Source of the DNA: Antedon mediterranea | Taxonomy: Eukaryota; Animalia; Echinodermata | Direction: 5' to 3' | Length of the DNA stretch: 64,000 bases | NCBI RefSeq assembly: GCF_964355755.1 | Contig: NC_092680.1 | Span: forward strand, 14,827,045 to 14,891,044 | In this document: positions 11,641-25,500 of the stretch, in pieces | Numbering within the stretch: position 1 is the stretch's first letter | Layout of the letters: each line of letters begins with the position of its first letter | The notes under the pieces: generated by a model | Database searches by the model: none | Seen by the model: only the letters and a program-made list of their open reading frames with translations | What the model was told of the DNA's origin: nothing | Position numbers and translations under genes: made by a program

Positions 11641-13969
11641 TGTTGTGCAATCTACCAGATAAAATACCACTAGTACTACCCTGGATGATGGACTTCGATA
11701 ACAAAAGAGTGGTGGTGCAATACATTATACATACGTATATGAAGCGCCCAAAGTGACAATTGAAATTCTTTAGATTTGAATTACCGCATTCAGCTCAAGA
11801 GTATTATCACTTGACTTCGTAATATCCTTCTAAAACAATGTTTTAAAAGGAATACCGGGATAAGTATAATCATAAGAGGCTGACTTATTTCCAATGGTGT
11901 CCAGCAATGATTAACTAGGCCTAGGCTAAAGTATTTTATCACTTTTCACTGGTCTGGAAATCACATTCCGTTGATGCTTCCACTGATCATGATCAAGCCA
12001 GTCATTTTATATGAACCTAAAATAACATAATCAGCTTAAGCTTAATTACCCCAACTGTATACTATGCTTATTTATGTATGTTTATGAATGTGTGATGAAT
12101 GGAAATAAGAAAAACAGAAAAGGTGGAGCCTTCAGAAGTACATTATTAACCTAGTTAAATTTGATTAAAAATTAGAATCACAATAATGTATACATGTATG
12201 AACATGCTGAATGTGTTAAATAAAAATCACAAAAACTACTAAAATTTCAAAGATTAATTTATTGTATCCATATATCTGTCAACAAGGTATCCAAAGATAA
12301 ACACAGTAATGCTGAACAAGTTATTATAAACATCAGTTTGATTACAATTTACATGAATTATAAAATCAACATCTTCACATTTGATAACAAATACATTATT
12401 TTATTGCTCGTAACACTGATTAAATTTTAAAAACATTTTAACAATTTTAAACTTTAATAGAATTAACAACTTGAATTCTGTCAAATCTTTCACAATCACA
12501 TCTGCATGCTGTTTTTAGTAAATTTTTCCAACTGTAAGGGTTCCCTGTAAGTTTAAATAAATATTATGCTTAGACATACCTTGAGTTATAACTGACCCAG
12601 TTTTAAAATTAAGGGCATACTTTTTAAAATCAATTACAGTGATTGTCCTTTAGTTAAATGTATAGATATTCTGTAATCCATTTCTAATAATTTTTATGTA
12701 TCATCTAATTGATAAAATACTTTATAAATTATTTGATCAGTGACAAAAAGCTGCCATTTTTGGTGATTTAGGAGAAAGTTATATTACTACTTTAGAACAC
12801 AGTTTCTGTAAATAATTGTCATTAACTTATGTGCTCAAATGTCAAGACATCAGGGCCAAAATATATAATAAAAATAATAAAGAATATTACATTTTATTTC
12901 AATACAACTTCAAATCAATTTTGTTTTAAATCAATTATTAAATAAATTATAATGCATGGGAACTAGTGGTGTCAGGGAAGAGATGCTCAAATAACTGCAA
13001 AATAAACAACATTTTTACCTCCTAACATTTTCATGTGATCTCACCACAACAATTGTTCCCACGCACGTGTATAAATTACTGCTTTATTTTTATTTTTGAC
13101 AATTTGCTGTAAGTTTTTGAATATTACCTGATCATATTTTATAACTTAAGTTTCAATAAATACCGGATGAAATTGATTCATAATTAAATTGTTAGTATCA
13201 TTAGTCTGTAAATCAATAAATACATTTTAAACATTAAAAAAACTTTCTTTCACAGTTTAAACCATACATATTCATTTATTAATATTTCTAATAAATTTGA
13301 GTCTTTCTGTGTTGTGTAAACAAACTAATCTTGCATAAATTTATTTTAATATTAAATTATTCTTATTGTTCGTATGATTGTTCTTTATTAATACATACAA
13401 TCTTAATTTAATATGCACAAAATAATATAATATTTTAAGTAATCTCATATTTATCTTTTTATCATAATCCCGATTTCTTGCCAATTTCATCGTTTCTTGC
13501 TAATTTCACAAAATCAAATCTGTATGATTTCAATTTTCAAAATCATGCAACTAATTACTATCAATAAACAACAATAAATACTGGTTGCATTGGATAAGAT
13601 TAAACAAATGCGTTTCCATTAATAGAAAAGTTTATAATTTATCTGGTAATCATAAATCAATACAAAAAATATTTGATTTCTCACAAAACAACTGAATGCT
13701 GTTAATAATTGATAAAAGAGCAAATAACTTTACAAAAAATATACAGTATAATTAATTTTCATTTGAATAAGATGTACTACAGTATATATAACATGTGAAA
13801 TGAAATAAACTACCGTAATTAGAAGTACACAAAATAAAATATCTAATTTCGACAAACAATTTTGTTTATGAATACAATATAGCTTTATATCTAGAAATGC
13901 TAATACTTTCCTTCAAGTCATCAACATGAAACACATGCATATAAAAAGCATGTACTGTATCCATTCTTA

Positions 13970-14642
13970 CTATCAATGTCTGACACTGATTAAACTATCA
14001 ATGTCTGACACTGATTAAACTATCAATGTCTGACACTGATTAAAGTATCAATGTCTGACACTGGTTAAACTATCAATGTCTGACACTGGTTAAAGTATCA
14101 ATGTCTGACACTGGTTAAACTATCAATGTCGAACACTGATTAAACTATCAATGTCTGACACTGATTAAACTACCAATGTCTGACACTGATTAAACTATCA
14201 ATGTCTGACACTGATTAAAGTATCAATGTCTGACACTGATTAAACTACCAATGTCTGACACTGGTTAAAGTATCAATGTCTGACACTGATTAAACTATCA
14301 ATGTCTGACAGATTAAACTATCAATGTCTGACACTGATTAAACTATCAATGTCTGACACTGGTTAAACTATCAATGTCTGACACTGATTAAAAGATCAAT
14401 GTCTGACACTGATTAAACTATCAATGTCTGACACTGATTAAACTATCAATGTCTGACACTGAATAAACTATCAATGTCTGACACTGATTAAACTATCAAT
14501 GTCTGACACTAATTACACTATCAATGTCTGACACTGATTAAACTATCAATGTCTGACACTGATTAAACTACCAATGTCTGACACTGAATAAACTATCAAT
14601 GTCTGACACTGGTTAAAGTATCAATGTCTGACACTGATTAAA
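13970..14642. repeat. 25-bp minisatellite (CTATCAATGTCTGACACTGATTAAA), ~27 copies
   Basis: Directly visible tandem array downstream of the YTHDC2 stop codon. Confidence 0.95.
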
Positions 14643-15164
14643 ACAAATAGCATATATAAATGTACATTATGTAACATACAGTAACTAACATACAAACTGT
14701 ATGCTATGTACAGTATGTGAATTGTATTGAAACAATCACAGAGAAGATGAAACAATATATGAACACGGGGAACCTTACAACAGCTTGTATTCACTTTCTA
14801 ATTAAATAGAGCAAACTGTGTTTCTGAATTATTTTCACAAATGTTATAAGGGGTTAAAGGTTAACTCTCTAATTTGATTCATAATCAACTTGTGAATACA
14901 GTTTTATTCAAACCAGTTTGTTACTTTATTAATCATTTTATATACTTATAACATCTAAACAGAGTGTACAGTATATAACAGAAACAGCAGTGGGTCAAAT
15001 CAACATGTAGTTGGCTTATGGCTAAAAGCATTTCATTTATATAGATAAACAATGGTTATTAATTTAGATTTTTTTAAATTTTTTAATGCGTGTAATTTTA
15101 AGACTCTATAAAATGACATTTATTTACATACTAAAACAATGTGTGTTGGTTACACGAGATAAAA

Positions 15165-15595
15165 TTATGCACTTGTCAATTCTATGACCCACTATATGAC
15201 CCCCAGGATAGATGCATCATCTGTCCGATGTGCGTCATACCTTATGCATACCATGTCACAAAATTCATTTACCTTTACATGAAAATGACACCCATTTTAA
15301 AATTAGTGACGGACCTTTTAGAGAACATGGACGCACCATGACTGTCCTTTTGTGGTAAAGTGACAGACATTGATGCACCATTGTTAATTAAACTGCCCCA
15401 TAATTTATTTTGACCTCCATCTGCACATTTGTGATGTTTTTATGTTTATTGTATTTTTTTTTTTTAATGTGTGGAAAAAAACAATAAAACAAACAAACAA
15501 ACGTACCATTTAGGTTTTTTGACACACCCCTGTGTCATTAATTATTTGTAAATGATGCACATCTCCCGGAGGTCATACAATCAACAAGTGCATTA
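15165..15595. mobile_element. Degenerate MITE-like element with imperfect terminal inverted repeats
   Basis: ATGCACTTGTCAATTCTATGACC at the left end versus GGTCATACAATCAACAAGTGCAT at the right end. Confidence 0.5.
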
Positions 15596-16561
15596 TACCC
15601 ATTGGTGCATTTATATGTATAAACCTCTGAACAATCAGCTTATAAAATGGCATTAATATTTAACATTAGTAAAACAATTATTAGTTAGAATTTAAACGAT
15701 CAGAAAAGGCACTTTGAATATTATTAAATTCTAATATTAACAACAATAGCGGGTTACTGTATTAAAAAATCACACAAAAACTTATAAGTACTTATAAGTA
15801 CTATTCTTTGGCAAAAACAGATACCTTTTTTTTTACATTTTTTAACATTAAAGTACTGATAACAGAGTTGTGGAAGTGAAGTCAAAGCATACTTGGACAT
15901 TTGACCATTATTTAAATTTAAGTGGCCACTAAAAAAGCAAGCACTAACTATCCTAGTTTGTGATGAATATAATGGCAATGTTATTACACTATCTTAAAGA
16001 CACAAATTTGATTCGATAATGTAAGGAAATGTAATTTATGATAAACAGAAATCAACTCAATTATAAACCTACAATGGCAGAATGTGGTGACTGAATTTGA
16101 TTTTGTACACATTTTTTGAAAAATGTTATATGAAAAAAAATATAATTAAGAATTATATTTAATTTATATTTCAAACCTAAAAGTTATATATTCTAAAAAT
16201 AAATACGTAAATATTCACTAATAATATTAAAATTAAGAACAATATATTTTATTTATAACAGTTCATAAGGTATATAATTGCACTCTATCAAAGAAGGATT
16301 AAACTAAACTATTTTGTTTAAACTCATAAAGTATAAATCATTTAAAAAATATCATACAGAATGCCACTCTAAAACACATTTTGGCAAGAGATTCTGGCTT
16401 TGTACATTATTTACTTGTAAAAATGTTTAAGCCAAGCTTAATACAATTAATACCGCAGAAAGACTAAAAGCACCATGGACAAACATTGGTATTCAACTTT
16501 AAACACTATGAACCATCATATTGGAATTGTAGCATATTTCTTAAGTACTATTCAATTACGA

Positions 16562-19500
16562 CTAGTAGTCATTACTTGCCCCATAACTAGAAGGATAAAA
16601 TGGTGTCAAGCTGCTGTAATCTCCTCTACCTTGGGAAGAACGCCCTCTATTAGGTGAACCATGACCTTGATGATATTGTTGTCTCCCTTGGCCTCGTTTA
16701 CTACCTGGACTCACTTTGTTCTGCTGCCAATGTGGCCTAAAATTTCTTCTATCTGGACTGGTAATGCATTGACCGGGGAAAACAGATGTTTTTAAAGTGA
16801 GTATGGATGCCTCCTCTTCTGCTCCTTGACATGTTGGTACATTAACCCATGTCTTTAGTAAGTTCTCTCCAACACTTGGCTCAATTTCCTTAACATAAAA
16901 AAACATATTTTGTATATCAACATAATCAAATATAATATATTTTCCACCATAAATAGTTATTCGCTTCTTGGTGGATAACTCCTTGTGATTGTATGAGATC
17001 ATCAACTTTTTTTTTTTCTGTATTATTCTTTTTTTCCACCCTATTTTTGTGCATCTTGTTTCCCTAAAACGTGTAAACATAACATTTCATAACTTTGTCA
17101 ACATTTACATGAAGTTGTGCGAGATTTTATGAATTTCAATGATTGATCATAGATTAAAAACCAAAAGTAATTTTGTATTAACACTTACTGAAATTTAATT
17201 CATATCAAGGGACTAAAAATGGCATGTTTCACACAAAGTTACACGCGCACCAACTCTTCAAAGTTCAAATCTAGTTTGTATTTGAATATGGTATTGATGT
17301 AATGGCACAATGTCTACATATTATTAGTAAACTATAGTAATACTATAATATGACAGTGAATTATACTGAGCAGAATATTCTATACACCATTGCACATGAT
17401 ACAGAAGTCTACTTACCTGGCCATCTCTACTGACTTGTACTTTCTTATTTTCATTCCATGGATTCACAAAGTGCTGAGTTATTTTGTAAGGCATATTTGA
17501 TCTGACAAAAACAAAATTAATTTAGTAGATATCTTTTAGAAATAACTAACAAATTCAAACACATACATTTGTTAAACAACACAACAATGATATTTTAAAC
17601 CTACTAGTGTATTCCGTTTTTAGAAGTATTTAATATATTGTTTTAGAATGTCAAGAGAAATTTGATGCTCGAAAGTACACTGTTTTTTTTATAGTGAGCA
17701 GGTAAACTCCAGCCTGCCTGGACTAATAACTATATGAGATAATAACAACTTTTAATCTGTATTGAAATATAATTTAAATAATTTTTATAAAGAAGATGTT
17801 AGTTATGTTATTATACTGTAATTTTTTATCCTAAATTATATAATTATATATTCTAGGTTATTTTATTTTTTTAGTAATGTGTTTTGTTGTGGGTCCCTAC
17901 GAGACAAGTTTTTAACTTCTAGAAGAGATCCATGATAATAATGACTACCAATTACTGCTTTATCTATGTTCACTTTAATATCTTTTTTCTATTTTGTATA
18001 TATTCATTCATTATTATCTAAATAAATATTATCTGAATTATCTGAATATAGTACATAAGCAAGTCTGCTGCTTCTAGCTTTATGGTTGTCATGTTTGTTT
18101 ATAAATATGACACCCTTTACTTTATACTACAATTACAAAATGCTCGCTAGTTACCTTTTGATCCATTTAACCTTTAAAGAGCTACCACCTCTTGGGTTTG
18201 TACTCGTATCTGAAATCATCCTCGCATAGCCCTGGAAATTCCCAGAGTTATGGGACAGGAAAACTAAGTAAACTGAGTTGCATGACTACAAAAAAGAATG
18301 TAATGTTTCATGTTAATAGCCATGGATAATTTGGGAGATAAGAAAAGTAAACATGATTGAAAATGGAAACCATTTTAGAAAGAGAGAGAGTAATATGGCA
18401 TAATAGTGACGATATTGGACTAGTGTGTGAGAGTTATGGGTCATTTTTTGCAGCTAGTAATCAGTAGTCCAGTTGGGTCTTGACCTTACCAGGTACACGT
18501 TTGTACACCTGAGTGGAGAGAGGCAAACGTAAGTAAAATATCTTGCCAAAAGATACAAGCAATGCAACAAGCAATGTGACAAGCATTGGATTCGAACCCA
18601 TCCAACCTCACAATCAGTAATCAAACGTCCAACACACTGCGCCACATGCACTTACTTAATGAAATAAATTGTAATACTTACAGAATAAGCTGCACTTAAT
18701 TTCCTTTCATTAGCACCAGTTACAGTCCATTCACCATCATCAACAGAAGCATCAAAGAATTTATCATGGGGTGCTTTCATTACAAAGTACTTGGCAGGGC
18801 CCTCAGTGTCTGCTTGTTTTGGAGAATCAGCAACCTGTTCTCGTCTTGTGAAAGGTGTTTGACCCGCTGTTGGGGAACTCATTCCTGTTACACCTCGAGA
18901 ACCGTTGTGATAGTTGGAGGAATCTGTATGTGAAAACTTAGGCGAGGTCCATCGCCCACCATCATTCTTTGGTCCTTTAAAAAAATATAAATATAAATTA
19001 TTAAAAGACTCTAAAACAAATTACTCAATTAAATGGAAAATTATAAAGAAATGCAAACCTTACTCAAATATTAACAAAAGATGTAATTTATGTATATATG
19101 AAAAGTATGTTATTATATGTCAACCAGAGCTATGCTCACTGAACCGTAAGAACGAGTTAGTCTCTACTTGTAGACATAGGAAAAAATTCTTACTAAATTG
19201 CAGATCCAAACAGTTTATCTAAAACAATAGGCTATTGTATACGACTTCCCGATGACTCACTTCTATTAAGCACTATGAGACAACTGTGTCACTTATGTTT
19301 TATATTTCACCTGAAGAGTGCGGCCAGCTACATGCTGGTCGTACGAAACAAATTTGTAGTGATTAAAACAATGAAGTAACCAAGTTTTCTGCTGTTATTT
19401 TATTTATTTATGCTCTACCTTGGTATTGAGCACTCTATCCAAACGGTCTGAAAATCTCAACTTAAATATAAATTATATGTTTTCTCAATGCAAATAAAAA

Positions 19501-22500
19501 CATTACAGTTTACTGTTTGCTGTTGCATTTTACTTCAGAAAAATTATATATTAAAATGTTAACATTAGAAAAATATACATAAATAATAATACCTTCAAAA
19601 TACTTTTAAAACATTCATATAGTAAGTAATTAATACCATTGAGATATCTATTTTGTCACTTGCTGGCAGATTTTTAAATTTCTCTTTCAGATAAATGAAA
19701 AAAAAAATTATATGTAAAAGCACTTTATGCAATGGGTTAAGAACTAAAATGCCTTACTGAAGTCACGTCGATGATCTCTAGGTGGTGTCATGCTTTTCTG
19801 GCCATGGTCTTGGGATCCAAAACGGCTGTTAATGTTTCTTGCTGGTGGACTGTTCATAGTATCGGCAGCTAAATAACATAGCACAGGTAAAAATGAGTAT
19901 TTCTTAACATCTTTAGAAGTTTCTAAAATTGTCCACTTTTCCAAATACAATTAATCAGCAATCAAACTGATTTTTTAGGCCTTTGCATACAAACATACTA
20001 TACACGAAAAAACAACATAAGAAAGACAATATAACATGATGGCACGCACTACCCACCCATTGGTTTAGGTCTTTGTCCTATTCCAACTGGTTGCTGTAAG
20101 GCAGACATCTGCTCTTCATTGCTTAAAACTTGAATAACCGATCTTAGGACAGCCTGAGAAAAAATAATTTAAGTAAACAACTACCACAAAAACATTTTGC
20201 AAATAGCTACCCATTGTGTGAAAACATACAGACATATTGTGTGAAAACATTCTGCAAGTAGCTACCCATTGTGTGAAAACAATCTGCAAATAGCTACTTA
20301 TTGTGTGAAAACATTCTGCAAATAGCTACCCATTGTGTGAAAACATTCTGTAAATAGCTACCCATTGTGTGAAAACATTCTGCAAATAGCTACCCATTGT
20401 GTGAAAACATTCTGCAAATAGCTACCCATTGTGTGAAAACATTCTGCAAATAGCTACCCATTGTGTGAAAACATTCTGCAAATAGCTACCCATTGTGTGA
20501 AAACATTCTGCAAATAGCTACCCATTGTGTGAAAACATTCTGCAAATAGCTACCCATTGTGTGAAAACATTCTGCAAATAGCTACCCATTGTGTGAAAAC
20601 ATTCTGCAAATAGCTACCCATTGTGTGAAAACATTCTGCAAATAGCTACCCATTGTGTGAAAACATTCTGCAAATAGCTACCCATTGAAAACATTCTGTA
20701 AATAGCTACCCATTGTGTGAAAACATTCTGCAAATAGCTACCAATTGTGTGAAAACATTCTGCAAATAGCTACCCATTGTGTGAAAACATTCTGCAAATA
20801 GTTACCCATTGTGTGAAAACATTCTGCAAATAGCTACCCATTGTGTGAAAACATTAGCTACTCATTGTGTGAAAACATACAATTGCAACAGTAAACTCAG
20901 TCTACACTAATTTGACAAAAAAAAGTGTGACCAAATATGGTAATGAAATGACATCATCGTGTCAATATATTGGCACATTACAGTACACATAGAGAAAATT
21001 AGTAGTGATCCCTTCAAAATTATATTTAGAGACCTTACTGCAAAAAGTCTATTTAGTTTCAAATAAAAGAAAACAATAAATAACAAGAACAAAATAATGT
21101 AATACCTCATCTGCCTGTGACCATGGTTTGGCTGGTGCTCTCATTCGACGGATAAATAAAGAATGCCACTTTTGCCTTAATTGAAATGTAAGACTAGCAA
21201 CCTATAGAGAGAAAAAAAATGTTTTTCATTCAAACACAACTAAAACAAACTTTATAGATATAAATCAATGAAAATATATAAGTACAAACACATATACCAA
21301 CAAACATTCTGACTCTTAAAGATGCCAATGGGTGAAATGTAGGGAATCAGACGATCACCGCAATGTAGTCGATCAATCTACACATTCATGAATCATTTTG
21401 TATATTTATGGATGCGCTTATACCTCAGGGTGCACTTACACTCCAGTCAGTTAAGATTTAAGTATGTATTTTGAAATCAAATTTGTATAAAATGACTAAC
21501 CTCTGGATCAGCATTGAGTGAAATCCAGTTGTCCATCTTGATATGTGATTTAGTGATGTCTTCAGGCTCCTCTTCTCCTTCACTGCTACTCAGATTGCCA
21601 CCACTTGGCTGCATACTGTTCATCTTGGCTTGCACAAATGCATCATGTGGGAGACGTGCAGGCCCAGCAAATAAAGCAATTGTGATGGGTGTTATTAGTG
21701 ATAGACATCGTACACTTGTCAGGTGGTGAACGCTAAAATGACAAAATATTGGTTAATACCTTTATAGATTGGGATCTCTCAGAATATTAGGACCCATTTT
21801 GTAGAATTTGCTAGAGAATGAAAAATCCCTTTTAGGTAATTTGCTTTTCTTTTTAGTAATTCATAATGCTATAATTATATACGTTTTGCATGTTTAAGAT
21901 TTAGCAACATCTTTTTGCCATTTAGATAGTAGGCACCAGTGTTATTTACATTTGTTATTCATATTAGTTAGTTACAACTTAAACTGTAAAGCATCTTTGG
22001 GATGTAGAGAGTAAACCATGATACCATTGTTATTCATTTTTTTTTGTTCTACATGAACATAAATTAGTTTTGGCAGATTCTAGGTCCAGGCGATGGTCAT
22101 CAACACAATATGTTGTAGGTTGTAGGTTGCCGCAAATCAAAACACTCATGTGGGTACAGGTCAGCTAAATATTTGAGAGGATTTATCAAACTTTATATGT
22201 GACAAGAAATGTGATGTGCTCATATATGGAAATGTTGATGTCATATCACTACCATATTTGGACATATCACTACAATATTTGGGCACATCACAGTTTTTTT
22301 AAAACTAGTTTGGATAGTGTAGACAGAGCTTAAGGAGTCTGTACAGAAGAATTCCCAATAGGTCTTACCGAGTCAATTCCTCGTACATAAGCCAGTCTGT
22401 TGGCAAAGAGCGCACGACATCTTTATCTTGGGCAGCACGATTTTTGGCACCAGTAGGATCCACAAGAGTACATGATGGATGAAATCGAACATTTGATTCT

Positions 22501-25500
22501 CTCCTAAATATTTCAAAAATAATATTTTTAACTATCAATTTGGATAGAGCACATTATAGGTACCCTTATATCAGTCAGTTAGAATTTGTTCATTTAAGAA
22601 AAGCACATAAATGCTGATATAATATGAAAATGGTAACATGCGTATGTATGTAAAAAATATACTGATAAAACTTCCATATCATGTTTATATTTTAAACATT
22701 TCTATGAGTCAAATCAATATTTGAATTATGTACAATATTTTAATGTAATATTACAGACAGTTCAAAGGTCAAAACTGACCAAACTGTTAAAGTAAAACAA
22801 ATGGACTCACTGAGTTGTCATGACCATCTTTTCTCTATCAATTCTAATGATGTTGGGGTACATGCCAGCACACATTGATGACTTCACCACAGCCCAGTTC
22901 TCAGAGTTAGAATTCAGATCTCGGATATCTCCCGGACCTCTTGCTCTTACAAACCCAGATGCTCGCAACTGGCCTAAAAGTTGTGTTCTGAAATGAATTT
23001 TATTAATAATTATCAGCAAAATGAAGGGCGGCTCTAAGCGCTGAACAATCAACAGAAAGCAAAATATTAATGATGAAAGTGCTAATTAAAAAGATGGGAT
23101 TTGAGGAGTTGTTGTAGTTGAATGTGGCGAGTGATTTAGCATTCTTGATTGAGTTTGAAAGGAATTCCCAAAGAACAGCAGTTGACCAGGAAAAGGCACA
23201 TTGTCCATAATATTTCTTTGAAGGCCGTGTAGGTAAGTCTGAGTAAAACCTCTAATGATTTTTTTATTCACAGAACCCAAAATCTCTCTAAAAGACCTTT
23301 TTTCATTTAATAAGTAATAATAATGTGTTTTATAAATTCCAATCAACCAGTTTATATTTACCTCATTCCAACTATCATATCCATTGTAGCTTGTGACAAA
23401 AAGTTTCTTTCACAAAACTGTTTATCCCAACCATCACTTTTGGCTCGCTGCCATGCCTAATATGTAAAATAATAAACTATTAACATATTTATACAAGTTA
23501 ATGAATATTAGGAATAATTTATTATTCTGCAGAAAAGTTAGGTTCAGTTTGGTCTTTTTGTCCTTTTCTTGTCCTATTACATGTCATTCAGTTGCACTAG
23601 GATTTTACTTATTACAGTAGAACCTTCATTTTACGTACGGTACGGAACTGAAAGATGTACACAGGTTGACCTTAAATTGACCCCAAGTAGCTAAAAAGGT
23701 TGCTGTGTTTGCCTACTTTACTTACAGTCTGCAGCTGTCACTAGCTAGGCCTAGCCTACTAGAAAAGGACATTTTAAATAATGTGTTTAAGTTTAAATAA
23801 TGTGTTATAAATAAAAAAATAACTTGTATTTTTAATCAATAAAAATAGTAGAGGGAATGCATGTGTTTCACTTGTCTCTCACAGCCATGTAGCTTTGTGG
23901 TTTGTTGTTGTTAAATTGCGCACTCAATGTAAGAAAATAACACTAGTTATGTACTACATTACTAAAAATGATGACGTCATATTTTGCGTACGTAAAATCA
24001 GGGTCCATAAAACAAAGGTTCAACTGTACTAATTGATTCTGTTAACTAACCTGGAACACCCTTAAATAACTCATGTGATCACTAAATGTGTTTGCCGCAT
24101 ATTTCTTCCTCACATTTTGGGCAGCACGCTTGTTGGACGGATCCATAGGTAAGATAACTGAAAAACAAATAACAGAACCAACGGTTGGTAATTATTATGA
24201 ACTATTATAACACACATGATTTAATTACGCATTACGTGTAATTTGGATAAGATATGTCAACAGATTATTGCACAATAGATTCTCACAATAATTAATCATG
24301 TATGATGTGAATAGAAATTTAAAAAAAGATGTCAAACTTACATGGATCTCTGTAGGCCAAAGAACAGACAATTGTTAGGATAGGATCCAGACACTTGAAG
24401 ACAATTGAATAAAGTACCATCTTGCCCAGTGTGGGCTCAATGGGAAGGTCAGCAAGGTGATGTCCAAGCTCTGTTAGGTCTTCCCAGTTGTCCATTGCAT
24501 CAACATCCTAATAAATTTTAAGAGAAAATGGCACTTTAAACAATTTTATTAAAAAAAATTATTTTTATTTTGGGAAACAAAATCGTTTTTTACTTAATTA
24601 TGTAAATTAATTTATTTTGATGGTATCAATGAAAAAATAGTTTGTTTTTTTTTAGAATATTTTGTTCACCTTCATCAGTCATAAAGTGTAACTGATTATG
24701 CATACTATTGTTGGTTTAAAAAAAGACATAAATTCTGTATTTTAAAATAAAGGAAACTTGGATTAGGTCCTCTACGGATCCACAGCAGCCAAAGTGGAGC
24801 ATGTATACAACATGTCCGTCTGCATAATTTTAAAAAATGGTTTCGTCCATAAATTTCAGACATTCGTATACAAGTTGAAATTGTCAACGCCCACAACAGC
24901 ATAATGAGTTATATTACTGAATATGTAGTGAGAGGCAGAAATAAAAAAAAAAACGCAGGTACACAAGTATACAAGTTGAAATTGTCAACGCCCACAACAG
25001 CATATTGAGTTATATTACCGAATATGTAGTGAGAGGCAGAAATAAAAAAAAAACGCAGGTACACAAGTATACAAGTTGAAATTGTCAACGCCCACAACAG
25101 CATATTGAGTTATATTACCGAATATGTAGTGAGAGGCAGAAATAAAAAAAAAAAACGCAGGTACACAAGTATACAAGTTGAAATTGTCAGTACCCACAAC
25201 ATCATATTGAGTTATATTACTATGTAGTGACCGACAGAAATAAAAAAAAAAACGCAAGTACACAAAAGCAGGAATAGACTGGATTTCATTTTTTATAAAG
25301 AAGCAGTAACATTACAAGAACTGAATGTCAGTAATAATATATTGTTGAAATATACTATACCTTTAACAGCTGAATAGAATTCTTGATTGTAAGAAAGTTA
25401 GGTGGTTCAGGTGCTTTACTAAGGAAGTCCGCTATTGGTGTGTTTACAGGAGCCAGCATCTTACTGTGCAGACACAGCTCGTGTAGTGGTACACGCAACA

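Noticed and set aside
18914-19222. 102-aa plus-strand ORF as a host gene
   Set aside because: It is a chimera of antisense YTHDC2 exon sequence and the truncated Penelope-like ORF end.
19245-19315. SECIS element or selenoprotein-type Naiad element
   Set aside because: The conserved Cys codons in the fragment are ordinary Cys codons with no in-frame TGA, and the ATGA..AA..GA spacing and pairing do not fit a SECIS.
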